Shown piece by piece: positions 46,354 to 55,947 of a stretch of 64,000 bases of DNA (position 1 is the stretch's first letter; each line of letters begins with the position of its first letter). Both the position numbers and the translations under genes were made by a program. Source of the stretch: Candidatus Methylomirabilia bacterium (GTDB taxonomy: Bacteria; Methylomirabilota; Methylomirabilia; Rokubacteriales; CSP1-6). Location: positions 73,947-137,946 of the forward strand of contig JBGQHJ010000001.1 in assembly GCA_041497895.1 (NCBI GenBank). Direction: 5' to 3'. The notes beneath the pieces were generated by a model. It had not been told where the DNA came from. It saw only the letters and a list, made by a program, of their open reading frames with translations, and searched no databases.

Positions 46354-47088
46354 ATGGCGCAGTGGGATCGGATCGACGTGGATGGCTCGCCGATGCGTCT
46401 GTACGTGGGCATGCCGAGCCTCGGCCGCGCATTCCCCGCGGTGATCGTCATCCAGCACGGCCCCGGGGTGGACCGCTTCATCCAGGACCGCGTCGAGACC
46501 CTGTCGGAGCAGCACGGCTACCTCGCGATCGCTCCCGACCTCTATCACCGGCAGCCCGACGACGGCGACATGATGACCCGCATCGGTCGGCTGCGGGACC
46601 CCGAGGTCGTCAACGACGTCAGCGCCGCGGTGAACTACGCGCGCCGGCTCAAGGACACCCAGCTCGGCGACGTGGGGATCATCGGCTTCTGCATGGGCGG
46701 CCGCGTCGCCTACCTGATGGCGGCCTCCAAGCCGGTCTTCAAGGCGGCGGGCGTGTTCTACGGGGGCAACATCATGAAGGCGTGGGGGGACGGGCCCACC
46801 CCCTTCGACCTCACGCCCTACGTGCACTGCCCGATCGTCGGCTTCTTCGGCAACGAGGATGCGAACCCCTCGCCGGTCGACGTGGATCGGATCTCGACCC
46901 AGCTCGACAAGTACCGCAAGGCCCACGAGTTCCACCGCTACGACGGCGCGGGCCACGCCTTCCTGAACTTCTCCAACCCGGTGACCTACCGGGAGGGGCC
47001 CGCCCGCGACGCGTGGGAGAAGCTGATCCCGTTCCTGCAGCGGCACCTGCAGTCGAGCCGCCAGCCGCGGCAGCGGCTACCCGGCTAG
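46354..47088 (+). CDS. Dienelactone hydrolase family protein
   Basis: APDLY, GFCMGG, FYG, AGHAF; RBS GGAGG. Confidence 0.92.
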   Translation: MAQWDRIDVDGSPMRLYVGMPSLGRAFPAVIVIQHGPGVDRFIQDRVETLSEQHGYLAIAPDLYHRQPDDGDMMTRIGRLRDPEVVNDVSAAVNYARRLKDTQLGDVGIIGFCMGGRVAYLMAASKPVFKAAGVFYGGNIMKAWGDGPTPFDLTPYVHCPIVGFFGNEDANPSPVDVDRISTQLDKYRKAHEFHRYDGAGHAFLNFSNPVTYREGPARDAWEKLIPFLQRHLQSSRQPRQRLPG

Positions 47089-47273
47089 CTCGTCGACAGG
47101 CTCGCGGCGGGCGCCGGCGTGCGCCCCGTCGGCCACGGATCCAGGGGGTGGGTCCGGAGCAGCTCGCGGAAGACCTGGCACCAGCGACACTCCACCCCTC
47201 CGTCCATCGTCGAGCAGGTGCACCGGCCCTCGAACTGGTTGGCGATCGCCACGGCCCTCGCGCGAAGGTTCAT
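47085..47273 (-). CDS. Small Cys-motif (CxC...CxxC) protein
   Basis: RBS GGAGG; 62 aa; 4-nt CTAG stop overlap with convergent gene. Confidence 0.55.
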   Translation of the reverse strand: MNLRARAVAIANQFEGRCTCSTMDGGVECRWCQVFRELLRTHPLDPWPTGRTPAPAASLSTS

Positions 47274-47360
47274 GACCGGCCTCCGTTGTTACGGAGACCA
47301 TAGCCCCGGGCTGCGACGCGGGGATGGCGCGGGCGTGAAGAGTCCGTGACGGCGGGCAGC

Positions 47361-48485
47361 CTACCGGGTGGGAGCGTGGAACGTGGCGTGCTGGGCGGTC
47401 CACCGCGCGAGCAGCGCGGGATCGGGCTCCTGCGCGATGCCGGGCACGCGGGACGTCGCCACCTCGCCGCGGCCGCTGAGGACGATCTCGGGCTTGCCCG
47501 GGTCGTCGTTGTAGAAGTAGGACGAGGGGAAGATGTCGCCGGGGTAGGTGAAGTTCGGCAGGGTGGCGAGCTCGGCGCAGATGGCCCCGCCCACCGCGGT
47601 CTCGAGCATGCCGCCCACCCAGCACGGGATGCCGTGCTCGGCGCACCGCGACTGGATCATCCGCGACTCGGTGAGCCCGCCCACCCGCGCCATCTTGATG
47701 TTCACCACGCGGCAGCTCCCGAGCGCGATGGCCGCCTCCACGTGCGCGAGGCTCTGGGCGCTCTCGTCGAGGCAGACCGGCGTCGCGAGCTGTCGCTGCA
47801 GGGTCGCGTGATTGACGAAGCTCATGCCGTCGTCGGCGAGCGGCTGCTCGATCATGGCCAGCCCGAAGCGGTCGAGCGATTTGAAGATCGGCGTGTCGGC
47901 CGGGGAGTAGGCCGCGTTGCAGTCCACGTGGATGGTCAAGTCCGGGAACGTCTTGCGCACCGCCTCCACCATGAACAGGTCCCACCCGGGGCGGAACTTG
48001 AGCTTCACCCGCGGGAAGCCCGCGTCGACCGCGCCCTGGATCTTCTCCAGCAGGAGGTCGAGCGAATCCTGGATCCCGAAGTCGGCCCCGACCGCCACCC
48101 GGTCGGCGGTGCCGCCCAGGGCGCGGTGCAGGGGCAGCCCGCGCCGCTTGGCGTCCAGCACCCACCAGGTGATGTCGAGCGCGGCCCGGGCGAACTGATT
48201 GCCCTTGATGAAGGCCAGCCGCTCCAGCAGGTCGTGGGCGGTCTCGATGTCCTGGCCCACGATTCGCGGCGCCATGTGCTCGCACAGGGTGTGGAAGGTG
48301 CCGAGCGTGTGCTCGGCGGAGTAGGCCGGGGTGAAGGGCGGGCAGCTCTCACCCCAGGCGTGGTGGCCGCCGCCCTCCATGCGCACGAGAATCGTGTCGG
48401 TGTAGTGCTGATCCGCGTAGGAGGTCTTCCACACGAAGGCCAGCGGTACCCTCACCCAGTAGACGTCGATCGCGTCGATCTTCAT
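47361..48485 (-). CDS. menC: o-succinylbenzoate synthase / N-acylamino acid racemase family (enolase superfamily)
   Basis: KLK, VDCN, IEQP, CLDES, NIK..RVGG, GGMLET, YPGDI. Confidence 0.78.
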   Translation of the reverse strand: MKIDAIDVYWVRVPLAFVWKTSYADQHYTDTILVRMEGGGHHAWGESCPPFTPAYSAEHTLGTFHTLCEHMAPRIVGQDIETAHDLLERLAFIKGNQFARAALDITWWVLDAKRRGLPLHRALGGTADRVAVGADFGIQDSLDLLLEKIQGAVDAGFPRVKLKFRPGWDLFMVEAVRKTFPDLTIHVDCNAAYSPADTPIFKSLDRFGLAMIEQPLADDGMSFVNHATLQRQLATPVCLDESAQSLAHVEAAIALGSCRVVNIKMARVGGLTESRMIQSRCAEHGIPCWVGGMLETAVGGAICAELATLPNFTYPGDIFPSSYFYNDDPGKPEIVLSGRGEVATSRVPGIAQEPDPALLARWTAQHATFHAPTR

Positions 48486-48621
48486 GCGGCGTCGGTTCCT
48501 CGTGCCCGTTGGTTCGTGAGGTGCTTGACGTTCTCCGGAAGCCCCGGCATGCTCCCTGGCGCCGGTGGGGAGACCCGTGTCTCTTGTACCGAGGCTCGTG
48601 GTGGTCGTCAACTAGCAAGAG

Positions 48622-49608
48622 GTGCGCGTGCTCGTCCGAGTCCGGGCTTCTGCGGTCCTGATCGTCGTCGTGCTCTTCCTGGCGCTTGCCGGGCCGGCCG
48701 GCGCTCAGGCGGGCAAGCCGATCCCTCGCGTCGGGGTGCTCTCGCCCTTCATCGGGTCTGACAACGCGTTCTTCGAGACCATCCGGCAGCGCCTCCAGGC
48801 GCTCGGCTACGTCGAGGGCCGCACCGTCTCCTATATCTACCGGGCGGCCGAGGACTTCGACCAGCTCCAGACCCTCGCGGCCGAGATGGTGAAGCTGAAC
48901 GTCGCGGTCATCGTCACCGCGGGGCCCCAGGGGGTACGCGCAGCTCGCAACGCCACCCGGAGTATTCCCATCGTGATGGGCAACGTGGGGGACGCGGTGG
49001 ACCAGGGATTTGTCGCGACCCTCGCGCGACCCGGCGGGAACGTGACCGGGCTCTCGTCGCTCAACACCGAGCTGAGCGCGAAGCGGCTCGAGCTGCTGAA
49101 GCAGACCATTCCGTCGCTCTCCCGCGTCGCGGTGCTCCGGGAGGCGGTCGGCGACGCCACCCCGCTGGAGGCGGTGCAACGCCGGGCCCGCGCCCTGGGG
49201 GTCGGAGTCCAGGTCTTCCAGATCCGCGACGCCGACGAGCTGTCGAGCGCCTTCACCGCGATGGGCGACGCCCGGGTGGGCGCTCTCGAGATCCTGCCCG
49301 GCTCGATGTTCGTGAGCCAGCTCCGGCGCATCGTCGATCTGGCCGCGACCACCCGGATTCCCACGATCTTCGCGGACGAGCGCTTCGTGCGGGCGGGTGG
49401 GCTCATGAGCTACGGGCCCGACGTCCTGGACCTCTACTCACGCTCGGCCGGATATATCGACCGGATCCTGAAGGGGGCGAGCCCGGCCAATCTTCCCGTC
49501 GAACAGCCCACCGCCTTTACCCTCGCGATCCACCTGGGAACGGCGGCGCGACTCGGGGTGACGATCCCGCCCACCTTGCTTCAGCGGGCCGACCTCCTCG
49601 TCCGCTGA
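48622..49608 (+). CDS. ABC substrate-binding protein (ABC_sub_bind, putative Trp/Tyr-type)
   Basis: LGYVEGR, LARPGGNVTG, KRLELLK, GGLMSYG, LPVEQPT. Confidence 0.88.
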   Translation: MRVLVRVRASAVLIVVVLFLALAGPAGAQAGKPIPRVGVLSPFIGSDNAFFETIRQRLQALGYVEGRTVSYIYRAAEDFDQLQTLAAEMVKLNVAVIVTAGPQGVRAARNATRSIPIVMGNVGDAVDQGFVATLARPGGNVTGLSSLNTELSAKRLELLKQTIPSLSRVAVLREAVGDATPLEAVQRRARALGVGVQVFQIRDADELSSAFTAMGDARVGALEILPGSMFVSQLRRIVDLAATTRIPTIFADERFVRAGGLMSYGPDVLDLYSRSAGYIDRILKGASPANLPVEQPTAFTLAIHLGTAARLGVTIPPTLLQRADLLVR

Positions 49609-49623
49609 ATGACGGCCGGACCT

Positions 49624-50370
49624 TCACGGCCGCTTGATGAAGATGATCTCCGGCACGTTCTCCGGGCTGACGTTCGCCTGGAGCAGCGCCCCTGCGACGT
49701 CGCCGACGTTCTCCCAAGTATGGACGAAGGTGCTCGGCTCGAACTGCACGTGGCCCCGCGTCCGGGCCTCGTGCCGATCTTCGGTGTGCATGGTCCAGGT
49801 GCCGGAGAGGACATAGTAGAGGGCGGCGCCTGATCGATGGTGAAGCGGCGGGGCGGGGATCTTCGGGTTCACGGTCACCCGCGTCAGCGTGAACTCATGG
49901 GGCCCCGGCTTGAGCCCGGGGATCGGCTCCGTGCGGGAGATCTCGGCGGGAGAGGCCGGGCGGGAGTGCAAGACCGAGTCGAGCTCGGCCCGGGTCACCA
50001 GCAGGTAGTGAAGAAAGGTGACGGGCGCGGCGGCGCCGGCCGCGAGCGTCGCCCGGCGCCCCGCGCCCAGGAACGAGCCCTCCCCGTCCTGGAGCGTGCG
50101 CCGGTCTCCATCGATCGAGATGGAGAGACTGCCGGAGATCGGGTAAACCATGCCCTGCGGCCCCGTGTACGGGAGTGACTGCCCGGCCGGGATCGTGACC
50201 CGGACGAGGCGGAAGTGGAGCGGCCCGTCGTCGAGCGATGGGATCTTGCTGCTCGCGAGCACCATCCGGATCGGGCGATCGGCGCGCGGGGGGGAGATCT
50301 CCTGGGCCGCGGCCGGGGCCACCGCGAGGAGCGTGAGGCCGAGCAAGGCGATCGGGCGGCAGAGGATCAT
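49624..50370 (-). CDS. Exported bicupin domain protein
   Basis: Signal peptide; two cupin-like units, the second with HHR...H. Confidence 0.75.
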   Translation of the reverse strand: MILCRPIALLGLTLLAVAPAAAQEISPPRADRPIRMVLASSKIPSLDDGPLHFRLVRVTIPAGQSLPYTGPQGMVYPISGSLSISIDGDRRTLQDGEGSFLGAGRRATLAAGAAAPVTFLHYLLVTRAELDSVLHSRPASPAEISRTEPIPGLKPGPHEFTLTRVTVNPKIPAPPLHHRSGAALYYVLSGTWTMHTEDRHEARTRGHVQFEPSTFVHTWENVGDVAGALLQANVSPENVPEIIFIKRP

Positions 50371-50456
50371 GGCTCTCCCTTTCGGGTGACAGACTCGGGA
50401 GCCCAACTGCGGGGCACCCCCCATGGTTCCCGGCGCCCCTGACTCCGCGTCGAGTC

Positions 50457-51224
50457 CTAGTGGGCCCGGGCCACGATGAACAGGCGCCGGAACGGAAACA
50501 GCGTGCGCCCGTCCGGGCGTCGCGGGTAGGCCCGCGCCACCAGCGCCGCGTAGACCGCCTCGAAGCGCCCGCGCTCCGGCTCGGCGAGCGCGTCGAGCAG
50601 CGGCTTGAGCCAGGTCCCCTTCGTCCACTCCTTCACCGGGTCGGCGCCTTCCAGCACCTGCAGATACTCGGTCTCCCAGACGTCGAGCGCGGCCGCGACC
50701 GGGGAGAGGACACCGTAGTAGAAGTCGGGATCGGCCACCGGCGCCGGCCGCAAGAGCGGCTCGAGCGTGGCGCGCCACGGGCCGGCCAGCGCGGCCTCCG
50801 CGATGGCGGTGTGCGAGCGGGCCCCGAAGTTGCGAGGCATCTGCACCGCCAGCACGCCGCCCGGCGCCAGGCCGCCCAGCAGCGACGGGAACAGGCGCTC
50901 GTGCCCGGGCAGCCAGTGCAGCGCGGCGTTCGAGTAGATGAGGTCGGCCGGCTGCGACGGCCGCCACGTCGCCAGGTCCGCCTGCTTCCAGGCGATCGCG
51001 GGCGCGGTGGCCGCGGCCTTGGCCAGCATCGCCTCCGAATCGTCCACGCCGGTCACCCGGGCGTCCGGCCAGCGCTCCTTGATCAGACGCGTCACGTTGC
51101 CCGCCCCCGCGCCCAGGTCGTAGATGTCTCGAGGACGGTCGAGATCGATGCGATTCAGGAGATCGACCGCCGGCCGCAGCCGGTGATCGGCGAACTTCAG
51201 GTACTGAGCGGGGTCCCACGCCAC
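50457..51224 (-). CDS. tam: Trans-aconitate 2-methyltransferase
   Basis: WDPAQYLKF...RPAVDLL, DLGAGAGN, SNAALHW, QMP.N, FPFRRLFIVA. Confidence 0.9.
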   Translation of the reverse strand: MAWDPAQYLKFADHRLRPAVDLLNRIDLDRPRDIYDLGAGAGNVTRLIKERWPDARVTGVDDSEAMLAKAAATAPAIAWKQADLATWRPSQPADLIYSNAALHWLPGHERLFPSLLGGLAPGGVLAVQMPRNFGARSHTAIAEAALAGPWRATLEPLLRPAPVADPDFYYGVLSPVAAALDVWETEYLQVLEGADPVKEWTKGTWLKPLLDALAEPERGRFEAVYAALVARAYPRRPDGRTLFPFRRLFIVARAH

Positions 51225-51264
51225 GCCCGGGAGAATACCCTAATCGGCCCCTCGAGGGGGCGTC

Positions 51265-51296
51265 TTGACCCTCTTTGTCTCGTTTGGTATACAATC
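51265..51296 (+). promoter_or_regulatory. Sigma70-type promoter overlapped by FadR-type operator TTGGTATACAA
   Basis: TTGACC-N17-TATACA; near-palindrome over the -10 box just upstream of the GntR gene. Confidence 0.55.
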
Positions 51297-51304
51297 GACC
51301 ACCG

Positions 51305-52006
51305 TTGAGCCAGGACGCAGCCTCGCGAATCCGCTTCACCGATCCCGGTCTGATTCGAGACCGGGTCGTCGACGCTCTCCGGGACGCCATCATCGCCGGC
51401 CGTCTCAAGCCGGGTGAGCGCATCCGCGAGCGCGAGCTGGTCGCGCTGCTGGGGGTGAGTCGCTCGCCGCTGCGGGAGGCCATCCGCATCCTGGAAACCG
51501 AGGGGCTGATCACGTCGCTGGCCTATCGCGGGGCCCGGGTGAGCGAGCTGAGCGCCACCGACCTGCACGACATGCTGCACGTGCGGATCATGCTGGAGAG
51601 CTTCGCGGCGCGGCTCTTCATCGAGCGGCTCGACGAGCGGGCGCTGCAGGCGATGCAGGAGCAGGTGGAGCGGGCGCGCGCGCCGGGCTACCAGGTCGAT
51701 CTGCAGGCGAACTTCGACCTGGGGCTGGAGTTCCACGACCTGCTCGTCGGAGCGTGCGGCAACCGCAAGGTGGTCCAGCTGCACGAGAACCTCAAGCGCC
51801 ACCAGACCCGCTACCAGCACTTCGCGTTCGCCCGCCTCGGCCGCGACGTACGCGCCGTCGACGAGCACGCCGAGATGGTAGCCGCGCTCCGCGCCCGCGA
51901 CCTGCACGCGGTCGAGCAGAAGATCCGCGCCCACCTCCTGCGCTTCTACGACTACCTCGCGCCGCTCCTGCCGGTCGACGACGCGCCCGACCCGGAGGCT
52001 CGATGA
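51305..52006 (+). CDS. GntR (FadR/FCD) family transcriptional regulator
   Basis: LKPGERIRE..L...LGVSRSPLREA..LE.EGL; FH...N...EH; start uncertain. Confidence 0.9.
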   Translation: MSQDAASRIRFTDPGLIRDRVVDALRDAIIAGRLKPGERIRERELVALLGVSRSPLREAIRILETEGLITSLAYRGARVSELSATDLHDMLHVRIMLESFAARLFIERLDERALQAMQEQVERARAPGYQVDLQANFDLGLEFHDLLVGACGNRKVVQLHENLKRHQTRYQHFAFARLGRDVRAVDEHAEMVAALRARDLHAVEQKIRAHLLRFYDYLAPLLPVDDAPDPEAR

Positions 52007-53382
52007 GCCACGAGCTGGTGGTGCGCGGCGGGACCGTCGTGACCGCCACCGAGTCGGTGCGGGCCGACGTGGGCGTCGACGGTGGCCGCGTCACCGCGCT
52101 GGTCCCGTCGCTGCCCACCGGCCGCCGGGAGATCGACGCGACCGGGCTGCTCGTCCTGCCCGGCGGGGTGGACGTGCACACCCATCTCGACGCGGAGGTG
52201 GGCGGGGTGCGGAGCGTCGACGATTTCGAGTCGGGCACCGCGGCCGCCGCGTGCGGCGGCGTCACCACCATCTGCGACTACGCGTGGCAGGCGCGTGGGC
52301 AGTCGCTGACCGCCGCGGTCGAGGCCTGGAAGACCAAGGCGGTGGGCCGCGCCCACGTCGACTACGGGTTCCACGTCATCGTGAGCGACGCGAGCGACCG
52401 GACGCTCGCCGAGATCCCGCGCCTGGTCGACATCGGCTACCCGAGCCTCAAGGTGTTCATGATCAACGAGTTCGGCATCGGCGACCAGGCGATGGTGCGC
52501 GTGCTGGACGCGGCGCGGAAGGTCGGGGTCGTGGTCAACGTGCACGCCGAGAACGGCGACATGCTCGATCACTGCACGCGCAACCTGCTCGCGGCCGGGC
52601 GCCGCGACCCGCGCTACTACCCGGCGAGCCGGCCCGTGCTCGCGGAGGCCGAGGCCACCCGCCGGGCCATCGACTACGCGGCGCTGGTCGACGCCGAGAT
52701 CTACATCGTGCACCTCTCGTGCGCCGACGCGCTCGAGGCGGTGAGCGCGGCCCGCCGGCGCGGGGTGCGGGTGTGGGCGGAGACGCGGCCGATCTACCTG
52801 GCGCTGACCGAGGAGCGCTACGCGGCGGGCGGGGCCGAGGCGGCCAAGTTCGTGGGCGCCCCGCCGCTGCGCACCGCGCGCGACCAGGCTGCGCTCTGGG
52901 AGGGCCTGCGCTCGGGCGACATCCAGGCCATCGGCAGCGACAACACTTCGTGGACCGTCGAGCAGAAGGGGGCGGGGGCCCAGGACTTCACCCGGGTGCC
53001 GTACGGGGTGCCGGGGCTCGAGACCGAGATGCCGGTGATCTACTCGGAGGGCGTGAGCCAGGCCCGAATCTCGCTGCAGACCTTCGTGGCCGCGTTCTCG
53101 ACCAACCCCGCGCGCATCTTCGGGCTGTACCCGCAGAAGGGTACGATCGCGGTGGGCAGCGACGCGGACATGGTGCTCTTCGATCCGGCGGGCAAGGGCG
53201 TGGTCGACGAGCGGCAGCTCCACTCGCGGGCCGGCTACGACCCGTTCAACGGCTTCGAGCTCCGCGGGGTGCCGACGCTGACGCTCTCGCGCGGCGACGT
53301 CGTGGCGCGGCAGGGCCAGCTCGTGAGCCAGGCCGGGCGCGGGCGGCACCTGCTCCGCCGCCGGACGAGCACGGGCGTCTAG
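52003..53382 (+). CDS. hydA: Dihydropyrimidinase / hydantoinase
   Basis: PGGVDVHTH, GGVTTI.D, KVFM, VHAEN, IVHLS, PPLR, GSD, KG.IAVGSDAD. Confidence 0.85.
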   Translation: MSHELVVRGGTVVTATESVRADVGVDGGRVTALVPSLPTGRREIDATGLLVLPGGVDVHTHLDAEVGGVRSVDDFESGTAAAACGGVTTICDYAWQARGQSLTAAVEAWKTKAVGRAHVDYGFHVIVSDASDRTLAEIPRLVDIGYPSLKVFMINEFGIGDQAMVRVLDAARKVGVVVNVHAENGDMLDHCTRNLLAAGRRDPRYYPASRPVLAEAEATRRAIDYAALVDAEIYIVHLSCADALEAVSAARRRGVRVWAETRPIYLALTEERYAAGGAEAAKFVGAPPLRTARDQAALWEGLRSGDIQAIGSDNTSWTVEQKGAGAQDFTRVPYGVPGLETEMPVIYSEGVSQARISLQTFVAAFSTNPARIFGLYPQKGTIAVGSDADMVLFDPAGKGVVDERQLHSRAGYDPFNGFELRGVPTLTLSRGDVVARQGQLVSQAGRGRHLLRRRTSTGV

Positions 53383-53431
53383 CCGCCCGCAACTGCAGTG
53401 CACTGCTTCTCGTGAGGAATGGAGGCCGGGG

Positions 53432-54289
53432 ATGAGGTACTGGGCGGGGGCGCTTCTGGCGGGACTGGTGGCGGCGACGGTGGGCTTCGGGACGGCGGGA
53501 CCCGCGCAGGCGGCCTGCGAGCCCGACAAGGTGGCGACGAAGTATCCGGGGCTGGCCGGCAAGACGCTCAAGGTCGGGCTCGACCCGACGCTGCCGCCGA
53601 TCATGTACCGTGATCCGAGCAACCCGAGCAAGATCATCGGCCAGGACCCCGACATGGTCGAGGCGGCCATGAAGTGCCTCGGGCTCAAGTACGAGCTGGT
53701 GGGCCTCGACTTCGGGACGCTGGTCCCCACGCTCCAGGCCGGGCAGATCCAGCTGATCTGGTCGAACATCTACTACACGCCGGCGCGGGCCCAGGCCGCC
53801 GACTTCGTGAACTACGCGACCACCGGCACCGCCGGGATCGTCAAGAAGGGCAACCCGAAGAACATCAAGACCATCGAGGACGTCTGCGGCAAGCGGGCGG
53901 CGCCGATCCTGGGCACCGTCGAGGACAAGGGCTTCCAGGACGCGAGCGCCAAGTGCGTGGCCGCGGGCAAGCCCGCCATCGAGATCACCCCGTACCCGAA
54001 CGCGCCCGCGACCTCGCGCGCCCTCGAGAACGACCGGGCCGACGTCTCGATGTACGACGTGGTCCTCGTCGACCAGGTGGTGAGGACCAATCCCGACAAG
54101 TTCGAGCGGGCGTACTACTTCCGCAGCGGCATCAAGATCGGGGTGGCGGTGAAGAAGGGCAACGAGGAGCTGGTGACCGCGGTCAAGGACGCGATCACCG
54201 AGCTGCAGGCCAGCGGCACCCAGAAGGCGCTGATGCAGAAGAACGGGATCGACCCGACGCTGGCGATCCCGGTCGAGATCGGCCGCTAG
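53432..54289 (+). CDS. Polar amino acid ABC substrate-binding protein (family 3)
   Basis: Signal peptide; DF.TL.P.LQAG..., YYTPAR, VKKGN. Confidence 0.87.
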   Translation: MRYWAGALLAGLVAATVGFGTAGPAQAACEPDKVATKYPGLAGKTLKVGLDPTLPPIMYRDPSNPSKIIGQDPDMVEAAMKCLGLKYELVGLDFGTLVPTLQAGQIQLIWSNIYYTPARAQAADFVNYATTGTAGIVKKGNPKNIKTIEDVCGKRAAPILGTVEDKGFQDASAKCVAAGKPAIEITPYPNAPATSRALENDRADVSMYDVVLVDQVVRTNPDKFERAYYFRSGIKIGVAVKKGNEELVTAVKDAITELQASGTQKALMQKNGIDPTLAIPVEIGR

Positions 54290-54331
54290 CGCGCGGGCGC
54301 GAGCGGCCGGCCGAGCGCGGGCCCCGGGGAC

Positions 54332-55933
54332 ATGGAGGCGTTCCTCCAGTACCTGACCTTCCCCTTCCTGCTGGAGGGGATGTGGCTCACGCTGCGGATC
54401 TTCCTGGCCTCGATGGCGGGAGGGCTCGCGCTCGGCCTGGTGATCGCGCTGATGCGGCTGTCGCCGTACCGGCTGCTCGCGGGCCTGGCCTGGACCTACG
54501 TGTGGCTGGTGCGGGGCACGCCGGTGCTGCTCCAGCTCGTGTTCCTGTTCGACGCGCTGCCGTTCATCGGCATCGTGATGCCCCCGGTGACCACCGCGAT
54601 CATCGGCTTCTCGCTCAACGAGGCCGCCTTCGCGGGCGAGATCATCCGGGGCGGCATCCTGTCGGTGAGCCGCAACCAGACCCTGGCCGCCGCCTCCCTC
54701 GGCATGGGCTCGCTCCTCACCCTGCGCCGCATCGTGCTCCCGCAGGCGATGCGCGCAATCCTGCCCGCGGTGGGCAACGACGCGATCAGCGTGCTCAAGG
54801 GCACCTCGCTCGCCTCGGTGATCGCGGTGAACGAGCTGACGCTGCGCAGCCAGCAGATCGTGGCCCAGAATTTCAAGTTCTTCCCGGTCTTCGCGGCGGC
54901 CGGCGTGATGTACCTGACCGTCACCACCCTGATCGCGGCGATCCAGTTCGTGCTCGAGCGGCGGGTGAGCCCCGACGTGGATCGAAGCCGGAAGCCCCGG
55001 AGCGAGACCGCGCTGGGCCGGCTCTTCGGCTTCCGTGGGCGCCCCCCGGAGCCGGAGCCGGTGACCGTGTCGGCCGAGGCGATCGCCGGCCGCGCCGCGA
55101 CGCCGGCCGCGCGCGTGGACCTGGTCGAGCTGGTGGGCGGGCGGGCCGCGCGCACCGGCGCCGACGTCGCGGGGCCGTTCGTGCGCTGCGTCGACGTGTG
55201 GAAGTCGTACGGGCACCGGGCCATCCTGCAGGGAGTGAACTTCACGGTGCACCGCGGGGACGTGGTCACCCTGATGGGGCCGAGCGGCTCGGGCAAGAGC
55301 ACGCTGCTCCGCCTGATCGCCCACCTCGAGCCGATGGACCGGGGCGAGATCACGGTGGACGGCGCGTACGTGGGCTACGAGCGCGTGGACGGCGCGCTCC
55401 GGCCCTCGCGCCACGTGGCGCGCGAGCGGGCCCGGGCGCGCATCGGCATGGTCTTCCAGCAGTTCAACCTCTTCGAGCACCTGACCGCGCTCGAGAACAT
55501 CTGCGAGGCGCCGGTGCGCGTGCACGGCGAGCGGCCGGAGGTGGCCCGCGCCCGCGCTACCACGCTGCTCTCGAGCGTCGGGCTCGCCTATCACGCCGAT
55601 CACCTCCCGTCGCGCCTCTCCGGCGGGCAGCAGCAGCGGGTGGCCATCGCGCGCGCTCTCGCCATCTCGCCGCGGGTCATGCTCTTCGACGAGCCGACCT
55701 CCGCGCTCGACCCGGAGCTGGTGGCCGAGGTGCTGTCGGTGATCCGGCGCCTCGCCGAGGCGGGCATGACCATGATCGTGGTCACCCACGAGCTGCGCTT
55801 CGCCCGCGAGGTGGCCGATCGCATCGTGTTCATGGCCGACGGCCGGATCGTGGAGGAGGGCACCCCGGAGGAAGTCCTCGAGCATCCGCGCGAGGCCCGC
55901 ACCCAGCAGTTCCTCAAGCTCGTCCAGGACTAG
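54332..55933 (+). CDS. Fused polar amino acid ABC permease + ATP-binding protein
   Basis: RGTP..LQL, EIIRGGI permease motifs; [25 protein letters not shown]. Confidence 0.92.
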   Translation: MEAFLQYLTFPFLLEGMWLTLRIFLASMAGGLALGLVIALMRLSPYRLLAGLAWTYVWLVRGTPVLLQLVFLFDALPFIGIVMPPVTTAIIGFSLNEAAFAGEIIRGGILSVSRNQTLAAASLGMGSLLTLRRIVLPQAMRAILPAVGNDAISVLKGTSLASVIAVNELTLRSQQIVAQNFKFFPVFAAAGVMYLTVTTLIAAIQFVLERRVSPDVDRSRKPRSETALGRLFGFRGRPPEPEPVTVSAEAIAGRAATPAARVDLVELVGGRAARTGADVAGPFVRCVDVWKSYGHRAILQGVNFTVHRGDVVTLMGPSGSGKSTLLRLIAHLEPMDRGEITVDGAYVGYERVDGALRPSRHVARERARARIGMVFQQFNLFEHLTALENICEAPVRVHGERPEVARARATTLLSSVGLAYHADHLPSRLSGGQQQRVAIARALAISPRVMLFDEPTSALDPELVAEVLSVIRRLAEAGMTMIVVTHELRFAREVADRIVFMADGRIVEEGTPEEVLEHPREARTQQFLKLVQD

Positions 55934-55947
55934 ACCGGGAGCCGACC

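Noticed and set aside
47361..48485. Menaquinone biosynthesis locus
   Set aside because: No other men genes nearby; this subfamily often acts as an N-acylamino acid racemase
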